The notes: a model not told the origin generated them from the letters alone. DNA of 64,000 nucleotides from an uncultured Gemmatimonadaceae bacterium (GCA_963822945.1 CAWGJO010000012.1:1-64000), one strand, 5' to 3'. Shown: positions 10,853 through 22,247, counted from the stretch's first letter. Translations and numbers: made by a program.

Positions 10853-11233
10853 TCATCCAACGGCGGCGATGGCTTCGATCTCCACCAGCACGTTCCGCGG
10901 GAGCGCGGACACCTGCACCGTGGAACGGGCCGGACGCGCATCGCCCAGCGCGCGGGCGTAGGCTTCGTTGACGGCCGGGAAGTCACTCATGTCGTGAAGG
11001 AATACCGTGGTCTTGACCACATCGTTCCAGGTGCAGCCGGCGGCGGCCAGCACGGCCTCGAGATTGGCCAGCACCCGATTGGTCTGCGCCACGACATCGC
11101 CCTGGACCACCTGGCCCGTGGCCGGATCGATGGCGATCTGGCCGGCGGTGAACACAAAACCGTTGTGGACGACGGCCTGCGAGTACGGGCCGATGGCCGC
11201 CGGGGCCTGGTCGGTGTGCAGCGTATTGGGCAT
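10853..11233 (-). CDS. ridA: RidA family enamine/imine deaminase
   Basis: APAAIGPYSQA, GQI, PARS and VEIEAIA motifs. Confidence 0.93.
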   Translation of the reverse strand: MPNTLHTDQAPAAIGPYSQAVVHNGFVFTAGQIAIDPATGQVVQGDVVAQTNRVLANLEAVLAAAGCTWNDVVKTTVFLHDMSDFPAVNEAYARALGDARPARSTVQVSALPRNVLVEIEAIAAVG

Positions 11234-11309
11234 CAGGGAGCGTCTCCGCGCAGTGGCCGGCTCTCGGCCGGGCGTCATTTCGAATGTGAGGCGAACCGCG
11301 GGAACCTAC

Positions 11310-12098
11310 TCAGACGACCTCGGGCATCGCCAGACCGAACAGGCGCGCGGCGTTCCGCGTGACCGTGCCGCCGAGCGTCGCGGCGTCGGTATCGCGCGCG
11401 GCGGCCACACGCGCCAGCGTCAGACTCACCCAGGCCGGCTCGTTGCGCTTGCCGCGATTCGGCACCGGGGCCAGGTAGGGCGCATCCGATTCCACCAGCA
11501 GGCGCTCGTCGGGCACGAGCCGCAGCAGCGCATCGTCATCCCACTTCTTGAACGTCACGATGCCGCTGAACGACACGTACCACCCCACGGAGAGGGCGAC
11601 TTCGGCGAGGGCATGCGACCCCGTGTAGCAGTGCAGCACGCCGCGAACGCCGCCCGCTCCGGCCTCCTCGACCATGGCCCGCGTGTCGTCCTCCGCCTCG
11701 CGCGTATGGACGACGACGGGGAGGCGCAGGTCGCGCGCCAGGGCGAGTTGGGCCGCGAACGCCCGGCGCTGCGCGAGCCGCGGCGAGTGCTCGTAGTGGT
11801 AGTCCAGCCCGCACTCCCCGATCGCGACGGCGCCAAGGCGGCACTCCTCGGCGAGCCGCGGCGGATCGGCGAAGGAGTCGAAGGCCGCCGCGTCGTGCGG
11901 ATGGATGCCGGCGGTGTACGCCACGAACCCGGGGAATTCCGCGGCCAGCGCCCGGGCGCGGGCGGCGGCGGCGAGCGACTCGCCGATGCACACCACGGCG
12001 AGCGCGCCCGTGAGCCGGGCGCGTTCGACGACGGCTGCCCGGTCGTCATCGAACGCCGGATCCGCCAGATGCGCGTGGCTGTCGATGAAGGTGGCCAT
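11310..12098 (-). CDS. tatD: TatD family hydrolase
   Basis: DSHAH, GIHPH, IGECGLDY, HTRE, HCY and ESDAPYL motifs. Confidence 0.94.
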   Translation of the reverse strand: MATFIDSHAHLADPAFDDDRAAVVERARLTGALAVVCIGESLAAAARARALAAEFPGFVAYTAGIHPHDAAAFDSFADPPRLAEECRLGAVAIGECGLDYHYEHSPRLAQRRAFAAQLALARDLRLPVVVHTREAEDDTRAMVEEAGAGGVRGVLHCYTGSHALAEVALSVGWYVSFSGIVTFKKWDDDALLRLVPDERLLVESDAPYLAPVPNRGKRNEPAWVSLTLARVAAARDTDAATLGGTVTRNAARLFGLAMPEVV

Positions 12099-12142
12099 GG
12101 ATCGTCGAACCGCCGCCTCGTCGGCGGCGGTTCGGGTGCAGT

Positions 12143-13120
12143 TCAGGGCGCGACTTTACGCCGGCGGGCCGCAGCGGCAGCGGCGCCACTACTCCCCTGC
12201 CCTTCGACGACGCGGGGGAACTTCGCTTCGATCCAGAGCAGCAGCGCGCCCGCCACGTAGATCGAGCTGAACGTTCCGGTGAAGATGCCGAACGCCATGA
12301 TCCACGAGAACGGCCGGATCACCTCGCCGGCGAAGATCAGCAGCGCCAGAGTCGCGGTCAGGGTGGTCACGTGGGTCAGCACCGAACGCGGCAGCGTCTC
12401 GTTGATGGCGCGGTTCATCGTGTCGCGCAGCGACTCCTTGCGCTGCTTGCGCAGATCTTCACGCACGCGGTCGAAGATGATGATCGTGTCGTTGAGCGAG
12501 TACCCGATCACCGTGAGGATCGCGGCGACGACGGTGAGCGAGATCTCGAGCCGCATCATCGACAGAAAAGCGAGCGTGGTGAAGACGTCGTGGGCCGTAG
12601 CCACCACGGCCGCCACGCCGAAGCGCCATTCGAAGCGGATGGCCAGGTAGACCAGGGTCACGAGGAACGAGATCAGCACCGCGATCATGGCGTTCCGCTG
12701 CAACTCGGCGCTGACCTGCGACCCGACGAACTGCGACGAGATCACCCGCACCTGGGACGTGTCGCCGAACTGCGCGTGCAACGCCGTCTCGATCTGCTTG
12801 GCGGTGGTGTCGGCGGCGGACTGGAGCTCGGATCCGCTCTTGGCCTGGGCGTTGATGGTGTACTCGGTGGGCGACCCGAACTGCTGGATGGTCGAGCCCG
12901 AGAAGCCCGCGCGGTCGACGGTCGAGCGGATCACGTCCGGGTTCGGTGCCTTGGCGAATTCCACCTGCATGGTGGTGCCGCCCGTGAACTCGATGCTGTA
13001 GTGCGGTCCGCCGACGACCAGCACGCTCAGTCCCACCACGATGAAGGCGATGGTGATGATCGCCGCGTGCCGCCAGTACTTGATGAAGTCGTAGCGGGTG
13101 CTGTGGAAAATGCGCAGCAT
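12143..13120 (-). CDS. secF: protein translocase subunit SecF
   Basis: IEFTGG, HD, GYSLNDTIIIFDRVRE and GTFSSIY motifs. Confidence 0.97.
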   Translation of the reverse strand: MLRIFHSTRYDFIKYWRHAAIITIAFIVVGLSVLVVGGPHYSIEFTGGTTMQVEFAKAPNPDVIRSTVDRAGFSGSTIQQFGSPTEYTINAQAKSGSELQSAADTTAKQIETALHAQFGDTSQVRVISSQFVGSQVSAELQRNAMIAVLISFLVTLVYLAIRFEWRFGVAAVVATAHDVFTTLAFLSMMRLEISLTVVAAILTVIGYSLNDTIIIFDRVREDLRKQRKESLRDTMNRAINETLPRSVLTHVTTLTATLALLIFAGEVIRPFSWIMAFGIFTGTFSSIYVAGALLLWIEAKFPRVVEGQGSSGAAAAAARRRKVAP

Positions 13121-14836
13121 TTAGATGCTCAACGTCTGGGCGCCGCGCGAGCGGTTCAGCCACAGGAGGAAGAAGGTTCGGACGACGAAGATGGCGGCGA
13201 ACATGGACGCCACCACACCGGCGATCAGGGTGACGGCGAAGCCGCGCACCGGACCACTGCCCCACTGATAGAGCACCGACGCGGTGAGGATCGTCGAGAC
13301 GTTGGAGTCGACGATGGCCGGCATCGCGTGGCGGAATCCCTCGTCGATGGCGGTGCGGACCGTCTTGCCGCGATCGAGCTCCTCTCGGATGCGCTCGAAG
13401 ATCAGCACGTTGGCGTCCACCGCGATACCGATGGACAGCACCAGACCGGCGAGACCCGGCAACGTGAGCACGGCGTCGAAGCCGGCCAACGTGGCCAGGG
13501 TGTACAGGACGTAGATCGCCAGACCACCGACCGCCAGCATGCCGGCGAACCGGTAGTAGACCGTCATGATCAACACGATCATGACCATGGCGATCACCCC
13601 GGCCTCGAAGCCCTTGTGAATGGAGTCCTTGCCCAGTCGCGGGCCGATGACCACCGATTCGGCCACCTTGAGCGGCACGGGCAGCGCGCCGGCGCGAAGC
13701 ACGAGCGCCAGGTCCTGCGCGGCGGCGAGATCCTTGCCACCCATCGTGATCTGTCCCCGGGTGCCGATCGCGCTCTGGATGACGGGAGGGCGTCCCATCA
13801 CTCGACCGTCGAGAACGATCGCCATGTAGTCGCCCACATGGCGGCCGGTTTCCGTGCGGAAGTGGCGGCCGCCGACGTTGTCGAGCGTGAATTCGACCAC
13901 CGTCCCGTCGGTCGGCGTCTGGGACGGTCGCGCGTCGGTGATGTACTGCCCGGTGGTGATCGCCTTCGCGTCGGTCACGTACAGCGCCCGATACCATTCG
14001 CTGCCCACCTGCGTGGAGTCGGTACCCCAGAGAATCCGCTTGCCCGGAGGGATGGCCGCCTGAATGGCCGGGAGCGCCAGATAGCGCCGCACGTCCGGCA
14101 CCTTGCTGAACGGCACGAAGTACTCGCCCGGCATTCCACCCGGCGAGATGTCGCCCGAGAAGGCGCCCGCCTTCTGTCCCGCCGTGTCGAGCTTGGCCGT
14201 CGTGTCGACCTTCGCCTTGCCGGTGTCCTTCTTCGCGGCGGCTTTGCCGGTGTCCGCCCCGCCGAGCAGTCCCTGGAGCCCCGCCGCGGAACCCTGCGAC
14301 GCCGGTTCGACGCCCGCAGCGCCGGCCGCGCCGGTGGCCGTGCTTCCGGTGGACGCCACGAGTCCCGCCTGCTTGATGATCTGGTCGAAGCGCGGCAGCA
14401 CCTTGTCGAGCGCCTGCGTCTTGTCGGTGATCAGGAACTCGAGGAAGGCCTGCTGCTTGACGAGGTTCTCGGCACGCTGGGGGTCGTCGTAGCCCGGGAT
14501 CTCGACGATGATCCGATCGTTGCCCGCCTTCTGCACCACGGACTCGGACACGCCGAACCCCTCGATGCGGGTACGGACCGTCTTGAGCGCGCGGTCGATG
14601 GCGTCGGGGATCTTGTCGGGCGCGATGGCCTGCTTGGACTGGTCGACCTCGAGCGTCAGGTGGATGCCGCCCTGAAGATCCAGGCCGCGACGGAGGGGCA
14701 CGTGGTACTCGGTCGTGTCGTGCAGCATACCGTCGGCGCCCCGGAACTGCACGACCTGGTTTCTCGGGATGAGGAACCAGACGGCCACGAGCACGGAGGC
14801 GGCGATGGTCAGCAGGCGATACTTCAGGTTCGACAT
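13121..14836 (-). CDS. secD: protein translocase subunit SecD
   Basis: [29 protein letters not shown] and [10 protein letters not shown] motifs. Confidence 0.97.
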   Translation of the reverse strand: MSNLKYRLLTIAASVLVAVWFLIPRNQVVQFRGADGMLHDTTEYHVPLRRGLDLQGGIHLTLEVDQSKQAIAPDKIPDAIDRALKTVRTRIEGFGVSESVVQKAGNDRIIVEIPGYDDPQRAENLVKQQAFLEFLITDKTQALDKVLPRFDQIIKQAGLVASTGSTATGAAGAAGVEPASQGSAAGLQGLLGGADTGKAAAKKDTGKAKVDTTAKLDTAGQKAGAFSGDISPGGMPGEYFVPFSKVPDVRRYLALPAIQAAIPPGKRILWGTDSTQVGSEWYRALYVTDAKAITTGQYITDARPSQTPTDGTVVEFTLDNVGGRHFRTETGRHVGDYMAIVLDGRVMGRPPVIQSAIGTRGQITMGGKDLAAAQDLALVLRAGALPVPLKVAESVVIGPRLGKDSIHKGFEAGVIAMVMIVLIMTVYYRFAGMLAVGGLAIYVLYTLATLAGFDAVLTLPGLAGLVLSIGIAVDANVLIFERIREELDRGKTVRTAIDEGFRHAMPAIVDSNVSTILTASVLYQWGSGPVRGFAVTLIAGVVASMFAAIFVVRTFFLLWLNRSRGAQTLSI

Positions 14837-14860
14837 GCGACGAAGGTGGGAGAAATGGAT

Positions 14861-15820
14861 TTATCCGGAACCTATAAGGGTATCCGGCGAGCGGACTTCC
14901 GTCAACGCGCGGCGCGCCGTTTCGGCGTCCATTTTCAACTGCGCGGCCAGCGCGTCGGGACCGCTGAACTTCATCGTGTCACGCAGCCGGGCCACGAACT
15001 GCACGCCCACCGGACGCCCGTACCACGTGCCTCCGGCGTCGAAGAGATGCACCTCGAGCGTCGTGGCACTGTCCCCGAACGTGGGCCGCGGCCCGAGGTT
15101 CATCATCCCGCCGAAGGTTCCCTCGGCGCTGGTCACGCGCACCGCATAGACACCGAGCGGCGGAAGCAGCTTCCGTGACGAGGGGAGTTCGAGGTTGATG
15201 GTCGGGAAGCCGAGGCCCCGTCCCCGCCCTGCGCCAGTCGACACCCGGCCCAGGACCTCGTACGGACGGCCGAGCCCCCGTGCCGCCTTGGCCAGGTCGC
15301 CGGTGGCGACCGCCTCGCGGATGACGCTCGAGGAGAGCCGGCCGCCCGACGCGAGCGCCACGGCATCCACCACATCCACGTCGAAGCCCGCGGTGCGCGC
15401 GATCTCCTGCACGAGTTCCGCATCGCCCTCGCGCCCGCGGCCGAAGCCGTGGTCGTGCCCGATGAGGAGGGCCCGCACCCGGTAGCGCGCCACGAGCACG
15501 TCGCGAATGAACGCCTCGGCACTGAGCCGGCGGAAGGCTGGGGTGAACGCGATTTCGGCCACGTAGTCGATGCCACACCCGGCCAGCGCAATGAGCTTCT
15601 CCTCGCGCACCGTGAGGCGGCCGGGCGCATCCTCGGGACTGATGATCTCGAGCGGGTGCGGCTCGAAGGTCACGACGAGCGTGGGGAGGGCGAGCCGGGC
15701 GGCGCGAGCGCGAAGACGCTCCAGCACGTGTTGGTGGCCGCGGTGTACACCGTCGAAGGTGCCGACCGTGACCACGGTGCCGGTGACGTTCGGCGGCAGC
15801 GGCGAGGGGCGTTCAGGCAT
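14861..15820 (-). CDS. ribF: bifunctional riboflavin kinase / FAD synthetase
   Basis: GTFDGVHRGH, TFEPHP, SSS, GRGLGFPTIN and RPTF motifs. Confidence 0.95.
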   Translation of the reverse strand: MPERPSPLPPNVTGTVVTVGTFDGVHRGHQHVLERLRARAARLALPTLVVTFEPHPLEIISPEDAPGRLTVREEKLIALAGCGIDYVAEIAFTPAFRRLSAEAFIRDVLVARYRVRALLIGHDHGFGRGREGDAELVQEIARTAGFDVDVVDAVALASGGRLSSSVIREAVATGDLAKAARGLGRPYEVLGRVSTGAGRGRGLGFPTINLELPSSRKLLPPLGVYAVRVTSAEGTFGGMMNLGPRPTFGDSATTLEVHLFDAGGTWYGRPVGVQFVARLRDTMKFSGPDALAAQLKMDAETARRALTEVRSPDTLIGSG

Positions 15821-16673
15821 CGCGCACCACCACCCGCGGTTGCCAGGCCTCGCCGTCCCGTATGCCCACGGCCACCAGGTCGTCGCCGTCGACGAGCGCC
15901 ACCAGATCGCCGGCCACGCGTGCCGGAACGCTGCGCCCGTGCGACACGAGGCGCAATTCGTCCGCCGACAGCGGCTGCGCGGGCAGATGGGCGACGGCCT
16001 CGCGGAGCGGACGCAGCGCGGCGCGCTCCTGCTGGACGTCGGCCAGAGTCGCGGCGTCGGCGACGTCGAAGCGCCCCGCCCGCGTGCGGCGCAGCGCCAC
16101 CAGATGAGCGGCGCTCCCCGCGGCGCGGCCCAGGTCGCGCGCCAGCGCGCGCACGTAGGTGCCGCCGCCGCAGACCACCGTGACATCGAGGTCGGCGCCG
16201 CGCCGCTCGCCCACCGTCCATGCGTGGACGCGCACGGTCACCGGTGCGAGATCGAGGGGGCTGCCCCGGCGCGCCGCCGCGTAGGCGCGGACACCGCCCA
16301 CCTGTTTGGCGGAGAAATCGGGCGGCCGCTGCTCGAGATCGCCCACCATGGTGGCCAGGGCGCCCGCCACGGCGTCTTCGGTCGGCGGCGCGGCCTCGCG
16401 GACCACGCGACCCGTCACGTCGTCCGTGTCGGTTTCCGCGCCGAACCGGATCGTGGCCTCGTAGCTCTTGGGCTCGGCGTCGAGATAGGGAATGAGGCGA
16501 GTGCCGCGCCCGACCAGGAGTACCAGCAGGCCGGTGGCGAAGGGGTCGAGGGTGCCGGCATGCCCGACGCGAGACCGCCCGAAGGCCCGGCGCGCCGTCG
16601 CCACCACGTCGTGCGAGGTCACGCCCGCCGGCTTGTCCACGAGCAGCAGGCCGTCAGTCGTCCCGGGGCCCAT
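15813..16673 (-). CDS. truB: tRNA pseudouridine(55) synthase
   Basis: DKPAGVTSHD, GHAGTLDP and GTYVRALARDLG motifs. Confidence 0.96.
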   Translation of the reverse strand: MGPGTTDGLLLVDKPAGVTSHDVVATARRAFGRSRVGHAGTLDPFATGLLVLLVGRGTRLIPYLDAEPKSYEATIRFGAETDTDDVTGRVVREAAPPTEDAVAGALATMVGDLEQRPPDFSAKQVGGVRAYAAARRGSPLDLAPVTVRVHAWTVGERRGADLDVTVVCGGGTYVRALARDLGRAAGSAAHLVALRRTRAGRFDVADAATLADVQQERAALRPLREAVAHLPAQPLSADELRLVSHGRSVPARVAGDLVALVDGDDLVAVGIRDGEAWQPRVVVRDA

Positions 16674-17034
16674 CCACCGGCTTCCCATCGCGCACCTGCG
16701 CGAGCAGCGATTCGATCCGTGCCGCCCGGGCGATGCTCTCGTCGAGCCGGAAGGTGATCTCGGGCGCGAGACGCAACCGGAGCTCGCGGCCGACGCGGGC
16801 CCGCAGGTGGGCCGCCACGCTGGCCAGCCCCTCTATCGTGGCCGCGCGCTCGACGTCGGACCCCATGATGCTGACGAACACCTTGGCGTGGCGCAGGTCC
16901 CGCGTGAGATCGACCCCGGTGACCGTCACCAGGCCGACCACGCGCGGGTCCTTGACCCCTTCGGCGAGGAACGTGGCCACCACCTCGCGGATCGCCTCGG
17001 CGACACGGTCTGGACGTCGGTTGTCTGCAGCCAT
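16654..17034 (-). CDS. rbfA: 30S ribosome-binding factor A
   Basis: RVAEAI, KDPR, DLRHAKVF and PEITF motifs; lies between infB and truB. Confidence 0.95.
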   Translation of the reverse strand: MAADNRRPDRVAEAIREVVATFLAEGVKDPRVVGLVTVTGVDLTRDLRHAKVFVSIMGSDVERAATIEGLASVAAHLRARVGRELRLRLAPEITFRLDESIARAARIESLLAQVRDGKPVDGPRDD

Positions 17035-17087
17035 TGAAGCTCGTGCTCCGGCGCGGCGCGCGGGGATGCCGTGCGCCGCAGCCCCTT

Positions 17088-19921
17088 TTACGTGGCGGGA
17101 GAGGATTCGAGTGACCGCGCCACTTCCTCGGTCCGATAACACTCGATGACGTCGCCCACCTTGATGTCGTTGAAGTTCTCAACGCCGATGCCGCACTCGA
17201 AGCCATCCTTGACCTCGCGGGCGTCTTCCTTGAACCGCCGCAGGGAGGCGATGGCGCCGTCGTACAACTCGACGCCGTCGCGGATGACCCGCACCCGGCC
17301 CTGGCGGTTGATCACGCCGCTCCGCACGTAGCAGCCGGCGATGGTGCCGACGCGCGACACCTTGAAGATCTGCCGGACTTCGGCCTCGCCGTAGATGATC
17401 TCACGCTGCTCGGGACGCAGCATGCCTTCGAGCGCCGCCCGCACGTCGGCGACGGCCTCGTAGATGATGCGGTACAGCTTGATGTCGACCCCTTCGCGGT
17501 CCGCGGCGGTGCGTGCGTTGTTGTCCGGACGCACGTGGAAGCCGATGATGACGGCGCCCGACGCCTTGGCCAGCAGGATGTCGCTCTCGGAGATGGCGCC
17601 CACGCCACGGTGCACGACTTCCACCTGCACCTCGCTGGTGGACAGCTGCTGCAGCGCATCGGCGAGTGCCTCCGCCGGACCGCCCTGATCGGCCTTGATG
17701 AGAATGCGCAACGTGCGCCGCTCGCCACTGGCCGCATGTTCGATGAAGTCCTCGAGCGACACGCCACGCGACGTGCGCCGGCTCTTCGCCTCGCGGTCCA
17801 GTCGCTGGCGGCGTTGCGCGATTTCCCGCGCCGCCGACGCCTCGTCGACCACGAGCAGCTGGTCGCCGGCCATCGGGACGCCCTCGATACCCAGCACCTG
17901 CACGGGAATCGCCGGTCCCGCTTCCTTGACCGTCGTTGCCGCGTTCGTCGAGCAGGGCGCGCACGCGTCCCGAGTGCATGCCGCAGATGAAGTCCTCACC
18001 CACGTGCAGCGTCCCGTTCTGCACGAGCACCGTGGCCACCGGCCCCTTCCCCGCGTCGAGCTGGGCCTCGATCACCGACCCGGTGGCCGGACGGTTCGGG
18101 TTCGCCTTGAGATCGAGGATCTCCGCCTGCAGGAGTAGCTGATCGAGCAGCGTCTGGACGTTGGTGCCCTTCTTGGCCGAGATCTCGGTGCTCAGCGTCT
18201 GCCCGCCGAACTCCTCGAGCACGACGCCGTGCTGCAGCAGATCCTGCTTGACCTTGGCGACGTTCGCCTGCGGCAGGTCGATCTTGTTGATGGCCACGAT
18301 CATCGGCACGCCGGCGTTCTTGGCGTGGGAGATGGCTTCGATGGTCTGCGGCATGACGGCGTCGTCCGCAGCGACCACGAGGACCACGATGTCGGTGACC
18401 TGCGCGCCGCGGGCGCGCATGGCCGTGAACGCCTCGTGGCCCGGGGTGTCGAGGAAGGTGATCGACTTGTCGTTGGGCAACGAGACGTGGTACGCGCCGA
18501 TGTGCTGCGTGATGCCGCCCGACTCGCCGGCCACGACGTTGGCGCGGCGGATGTAGTCGAGAAGCGACGTCTTGCCGTGGTCCACGTGGCCCATGATGGT
18601 GACCACGGGCGGCCGCGACACGAGATCCTCGGGTTGATCCTCCTGCGTAGGCACGACGTCCTCGGCCTGGTACGCGTCCTCGCGTACGGCCTGGAAGCCG
18701 AACTCGCCGGCGATCAGCTCGATCTGGTCGAAGTCGAGCCGCTGGTTGATCGTGATCATCAGCCCCAGGTTCTTGAACGCGAAGGCTACGATCTCGGTGG
18801 CCTGGATCTTCAGGATCTGGGCGAGTTCGCTGACCGTGATGAACTCGTTGACGCGGACGAGCCGCTTCTCGCGCTCCGCCTCGGCGGCGCGCTGCGCCTG
18901 CACCTCTTCGCGATGCCCGCGCCGCGAGTCGCTGGAGCTGCGCCGCGACGGGGTGCCGCGCATGGCGGCCATCGTCTTGGAGATGTTCGCGTCCACGGCG
19001 CCCTGATCGACCGAGCCGCGGCGCCCCTTCTTGCGGCGCCCACGCTCGGGCGCGACCCTTGCCGGCACTCTTGTCGTCGCGCCGCGGCGGGGTGGCCACG
19101 CCGCCGCCCGGGGCCGCGGAGGCCACGGGACGGGGCGGCATGAAGGGCGAACTGCTGGCGACCGGACGCGGGCGCGGCGCCCCCGGGGTGACCGGGCGCG
19201 GACGCGGACGCTGACGCTCCCGGGACGGCGCGGAGGTGCTCTGCGGCTCGCTGCGTACCGGGGCCGGTTGCGGCTCCTCTACTACGGGATGCGCCTGCTC
19301 TTCCACGGCTTCGGATGCCGCGGGCGCTTCGGCCTCCACGGGGGTTTCGACCGGGAGCGACTCGGCTGCTGCAGCGCGCTGCGCTTCCTCGGCGGCGGCG
19401 GCGGCCGCCTCGGCCTCCGCGGCCGCGGCCGCAGCGGCCTCTTCGGCGGCCTTCTTCTCTTCCTCCACCTTCTGAGCGGCCTCGGCCGCTGCGGCGGCCG
19501 CGGCTACGTCGGCCGCCTTGCGGCGGCGCCGCACCGGTGCCGGTGGCGCTTCCACGACGGGCGCGGCTTCGGCCGCCTCCGCAGCCTTCGCTGCTCGCTT
19601 GGCGCGGGGCGTCTTGGCCGTGGTTGCCTTGGCGGTCTTGGTCTTGGCCGTCTTGGCTTTGGCCGTTTTGCTCGCGGTCTTGGTGGCCGTCTTCTTCGTC
19701 GTGGGGCGACGGCGCGACTTGGTCTTGGGCGCATCGGCGCCGCGCCCGGCCCGCGCGCGCTTCTCGCGTTCCCAGCGCGCGCGGAGTCGCGCCACCTGGT
19801 CGTCGGTGAGCACGCTCAGATGGCTGCGTACCGGGACGTCCATATTTCGGAGCAGGCTGATCACTTCCTCAGCCGAGGCTCCGAATTCTCCAGCCATGTC
19901 GTGTACGCGAAGCTTGCTCAA
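17088..19921 (-). CDS. infB: translation initiation factor IF-2 (two apparent single-base insertions near 19055 and 17935)
   Basis: Split over three frames: N-terminal LRVHDMA, G-domain [21 protein letters not shown]-terminal GFECGI. Confidence 0.95.
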
Positions 19922-19930
19922 TCCAACCTC

Positions 19931-20263
19931 CTAACTGGGCCCTGTCGACCCCGATTCCACCGCACCAAGAATTCCGTTGGCAAGCGATCGATCGATGATA
20001 CCGATCGCGGCCGTCTGATTCCGTCCCGCTACCGTTCCCAACTGACCGGTGGTCAGTCCCTCGACCACTCGGACCCGCCGCGCCCGCAACAGCGGCAGCA
20101 GCTTGTCCAGACTGTTGGCCGCCGCATCGGCCGCCACCAGCGCCAGCACCAGCGTTCCCTTCTTTGCCGCGACGCGCACCTGCTCGACCCCCACCACGGC
20201 ATTTCGCGACCGAATCCCCAGCCCCACGAGGCCGAGCGCGCGTCGCGCCTGCTCCGGCGTCAA
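19931..20263 (-). CDS. L7Ae/YlxQ-family RNA-binding protein
   Basis: ALGLVGLG, VVGVEQV and LGTVAGR motifs; TTG start overlaps the nusA stop; canonical position before infB. Confidence 0.8.
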   Translation of the reverse strand: MTPEQARRALGLVGLGIRSRNAVVGVEQVRVAAKKGTLVLALVAADAAANSLDKLLPLLRARRVRVVEGLTTGQLGTVAGRNQTAAIGIIDRSLANGILGAVESGSTGPS

Positions 20264-21672
20264 GCCGCCGCGCCGTCCCCGTCGGGGGGCGTCTCGGGCT
20301 CGGCTTCGGCCGATGGTCCCGTCTCCCCAGACTCCGTGGACGCTGACTCGCCGCTGGCCGCCCCGGCCTCGTCGGCGGCCCCTTCCTCGGTCAACTCGGC
20401 CAGAATCGCCATCAGCCGGTCGGCGTCGTCGAGCGTGATGCCGGGCAACCGCAGGAAGTCGTCGCGCTCCAGATCGATGATGTCGTTGAGGGTACGATAG
20501 CCCCCCTCCTCCAGGATCGCGACGGTGGCCGGCGGCATGCCCTCGATCTCCGTGAGCGGCACGTCCGCCACATCCCCCTCCTCCTCGGGCAACGGCGCGA
20601 AGATCGCGCCCTCGCCTCCGCGCTCCAGCCACTCGCGACTCGAGTACAGATCGATCTTCCAACCCGTGAGTTCCGACGCCAGCCGCACGTTTTGTCCGTT
20701 CCGCCCGATGGCCAGCGAGAGCTGGTCCTCGTCCACCACCGCCTGAATGGTCTTGGTAACCGGATCGCTGAACACGCGCGCCACCCGCGCCGGCGCGAGG
20801 GCCAGCTTGGCGAAGCGCTCCGGATCGGGCGACCAGGGCACGATGTCGATGCGTTCCCCGCCGAGCTCGTTGACCACGGCCTGGACGCGCGAGCCTTTGA
20901 GGCCGACGCACGCCCCCACTGGATCGATGGCGTCGTCGCGCGAGAACACGGCGATCTTGGTGCGGCTGCCCACCTCGCGGGCCGTCGCCTTGATCTCCAC
21001 GATGGCCTGCTGGATCTCGGGCACCTCGAGCTTGAACAGCGCCTTGACGAAGAGCGCGTCGGCGCGGCTCAGGATCAGCCGCGGCCCCTTGGGCGTCTCC
21101 TCGACCTTCTTCAAGACGGCGCGCACCGGCTCGCCCTGGTGGAAATGCTCGCGGTGGTTCTGCTCACGGTAGGGAACGATCGCCTCCGCCTCGCGGAACT
21201 TGTTGAGCATGATCACGAGCTTGCCGCGTTCGATCTGCTGCACCTCGCCCGACAGGAGTTCCCCGACGCGCGACGTGAACTCGTCGCGAATCCGGGTCCG
21301 TTCGCCCTCGCGCACGCGCTGGATGATGCGCTGCTTGGCCGCCTGCACGGCGGCGCGGCCGAAGACGGCGAAGTCCACCGGCTCCTCGAGCACGTCCCCG
21401 GCGTCGAACTCCTCGTCGTACAACCGCGCATCCTCGAGCGCGATCTCGCGACTCGGGTCCTCGACCACGTCCACGACGGTCTTGAGCAACACGATCTTGA
21501 TGTCGCCCTTGGCGTCGTCGATGGTGACCTCGGCCTGAACGTTCGCTCCGTATTTCTTGGCGAGGGCCGCCATGATGCCGTCCTGGAGGAGCCCGTAGAG
21601 TTCCGCCCGGTCCAACTGCTTGGTGTTCGACACCTCGCGAAATGCGGCCAAAATCTCCGTTGAGCTTACCAT
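20260..21672 (-). CDS. nusA: transcription factor NusA
   Basis: FGRAAVQAAKQ, LEVPEI, GSRTKIAV, GACVG and AIGRNGQNVRLA motifs. Confidence 0.97.
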   Translation of the reverse strand: MVSSTEILAAFREVSNTKQLDRAELYGLLQDGIMAALAKKYGANVQAEVTIDDAKGDIKIVLLKTVVDVVEDPSREIALEDARLYDEEFDAGDVLEEPVDFAVFGRAAVQAAKQRIIQRVREGERTRIRDEFTSRVGELLSGEVQQIERGKLVIMLNKFREAEAIVPYREQNHREHFHQGEPVRAVLKKVEETPKGPRLILSRADALFVKALFKLEVPEIQQAIVEIKATAREVGSRTKIAVFSRDDAIDPVGACVGLKGSRVQAVVNELGGERIDIVPWSPDPERFAKLALAPARVARVFSDPVTKTIQAVVDEDQLSLAIGRNGQNVRLASELTGWKIDLYSSREWLERGGEGAIFAPLPEEEGDVADVPLTEIEGMPPATVAILEEGGYRTLNDIIDLERDDFLRLPGITLDDADRLMAILAELTEEGAADEAGAASGESASTESGETGPSAEAEPETPPDGDGAAA

Positions 21673-21764
21673 CCACGCATCCTCATCATGGGTCGGCGCC
21701 ACACGCCGACCACCGTTCGTGGCCCCCGCCGCCGCGGGCACCGCTTCCCTTCCATTGAACAGCG

Positions 21765-22232
21765 CTAGACGCGGAACGCCAGCCGCGCTTCCTTCACCTC
21801 TCCGAGCAGCACCGTGCGGCGCTCGCCCGAATCGAGTTCGAGTTCCACAGCCTCGGTGCCAGCCGGCCCCGTCACCGCCAGAATCTTCGCTTCGAACCTT
21901 CCGCCCAACGCCGGGCTGAGCACGTTGGCCCACCGTCCCACGAACCGGCCCCACTCGGCCGCCGTTCGCAACGGCCGCTCGCCGGGAGACGACACCTGCA
22001 ACACGTACCGATCGGACAACAACCCACTGGCATCGATCCGGGCCTCGACGGCCCGCGACACCCGTGCGCAGTCGTCCACCGTGACTTTCCCGCCGTCCCG
22101 ACGGTCGATCCGAGCTTCGACGAGAGGACGCGACTTCGTGCCCCCACGCCGGAATTCGACCAGGTCGAATCCAAGCGCGTCAACCTCTTGATTGACAATA
22201 ACTTCTAGCTCTTGCTTCACGTACTGTGACAA
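21765..22232 (-). CDS. rimP: ribosome maturation factor RimP
   Basis: IDR, VTVDDCARVSR and YVLQVSSPG.RPL motifs; start TTG 22232 or GTG 22220. Confidence 0.93.
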   Translation of the reverse strand: MSQYVKQELEVIVNQEVDALGFDLVEFRRGGTKSRPLVEARIDRRDGGKVTVDDCARVSRAVEARIDASGLLSDRYVLQVSSPGERPLRTAAEWGRFVGRWANVLSPALGGRFEAKILAVTGPAGTEAVELELDSGERRTVLLGEVKEARLAFRV

Positions 22233-22247
22233 GTGCCTTTACAGGAC

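Noticed and set aside
19380..19520. GCGGCC-rich tandem-like repeats
   Set aside because: Poly-Ala codons of the IF2 linker; no spacer structure, so not a CRISPR array or mobile repeat
17088..19921. infB or groEL as pseudogenes or programmed frameshifts
   Set aside because: Both are essential, otherwise intact and lack slippery motifs; single-base read errors are more parsimonious
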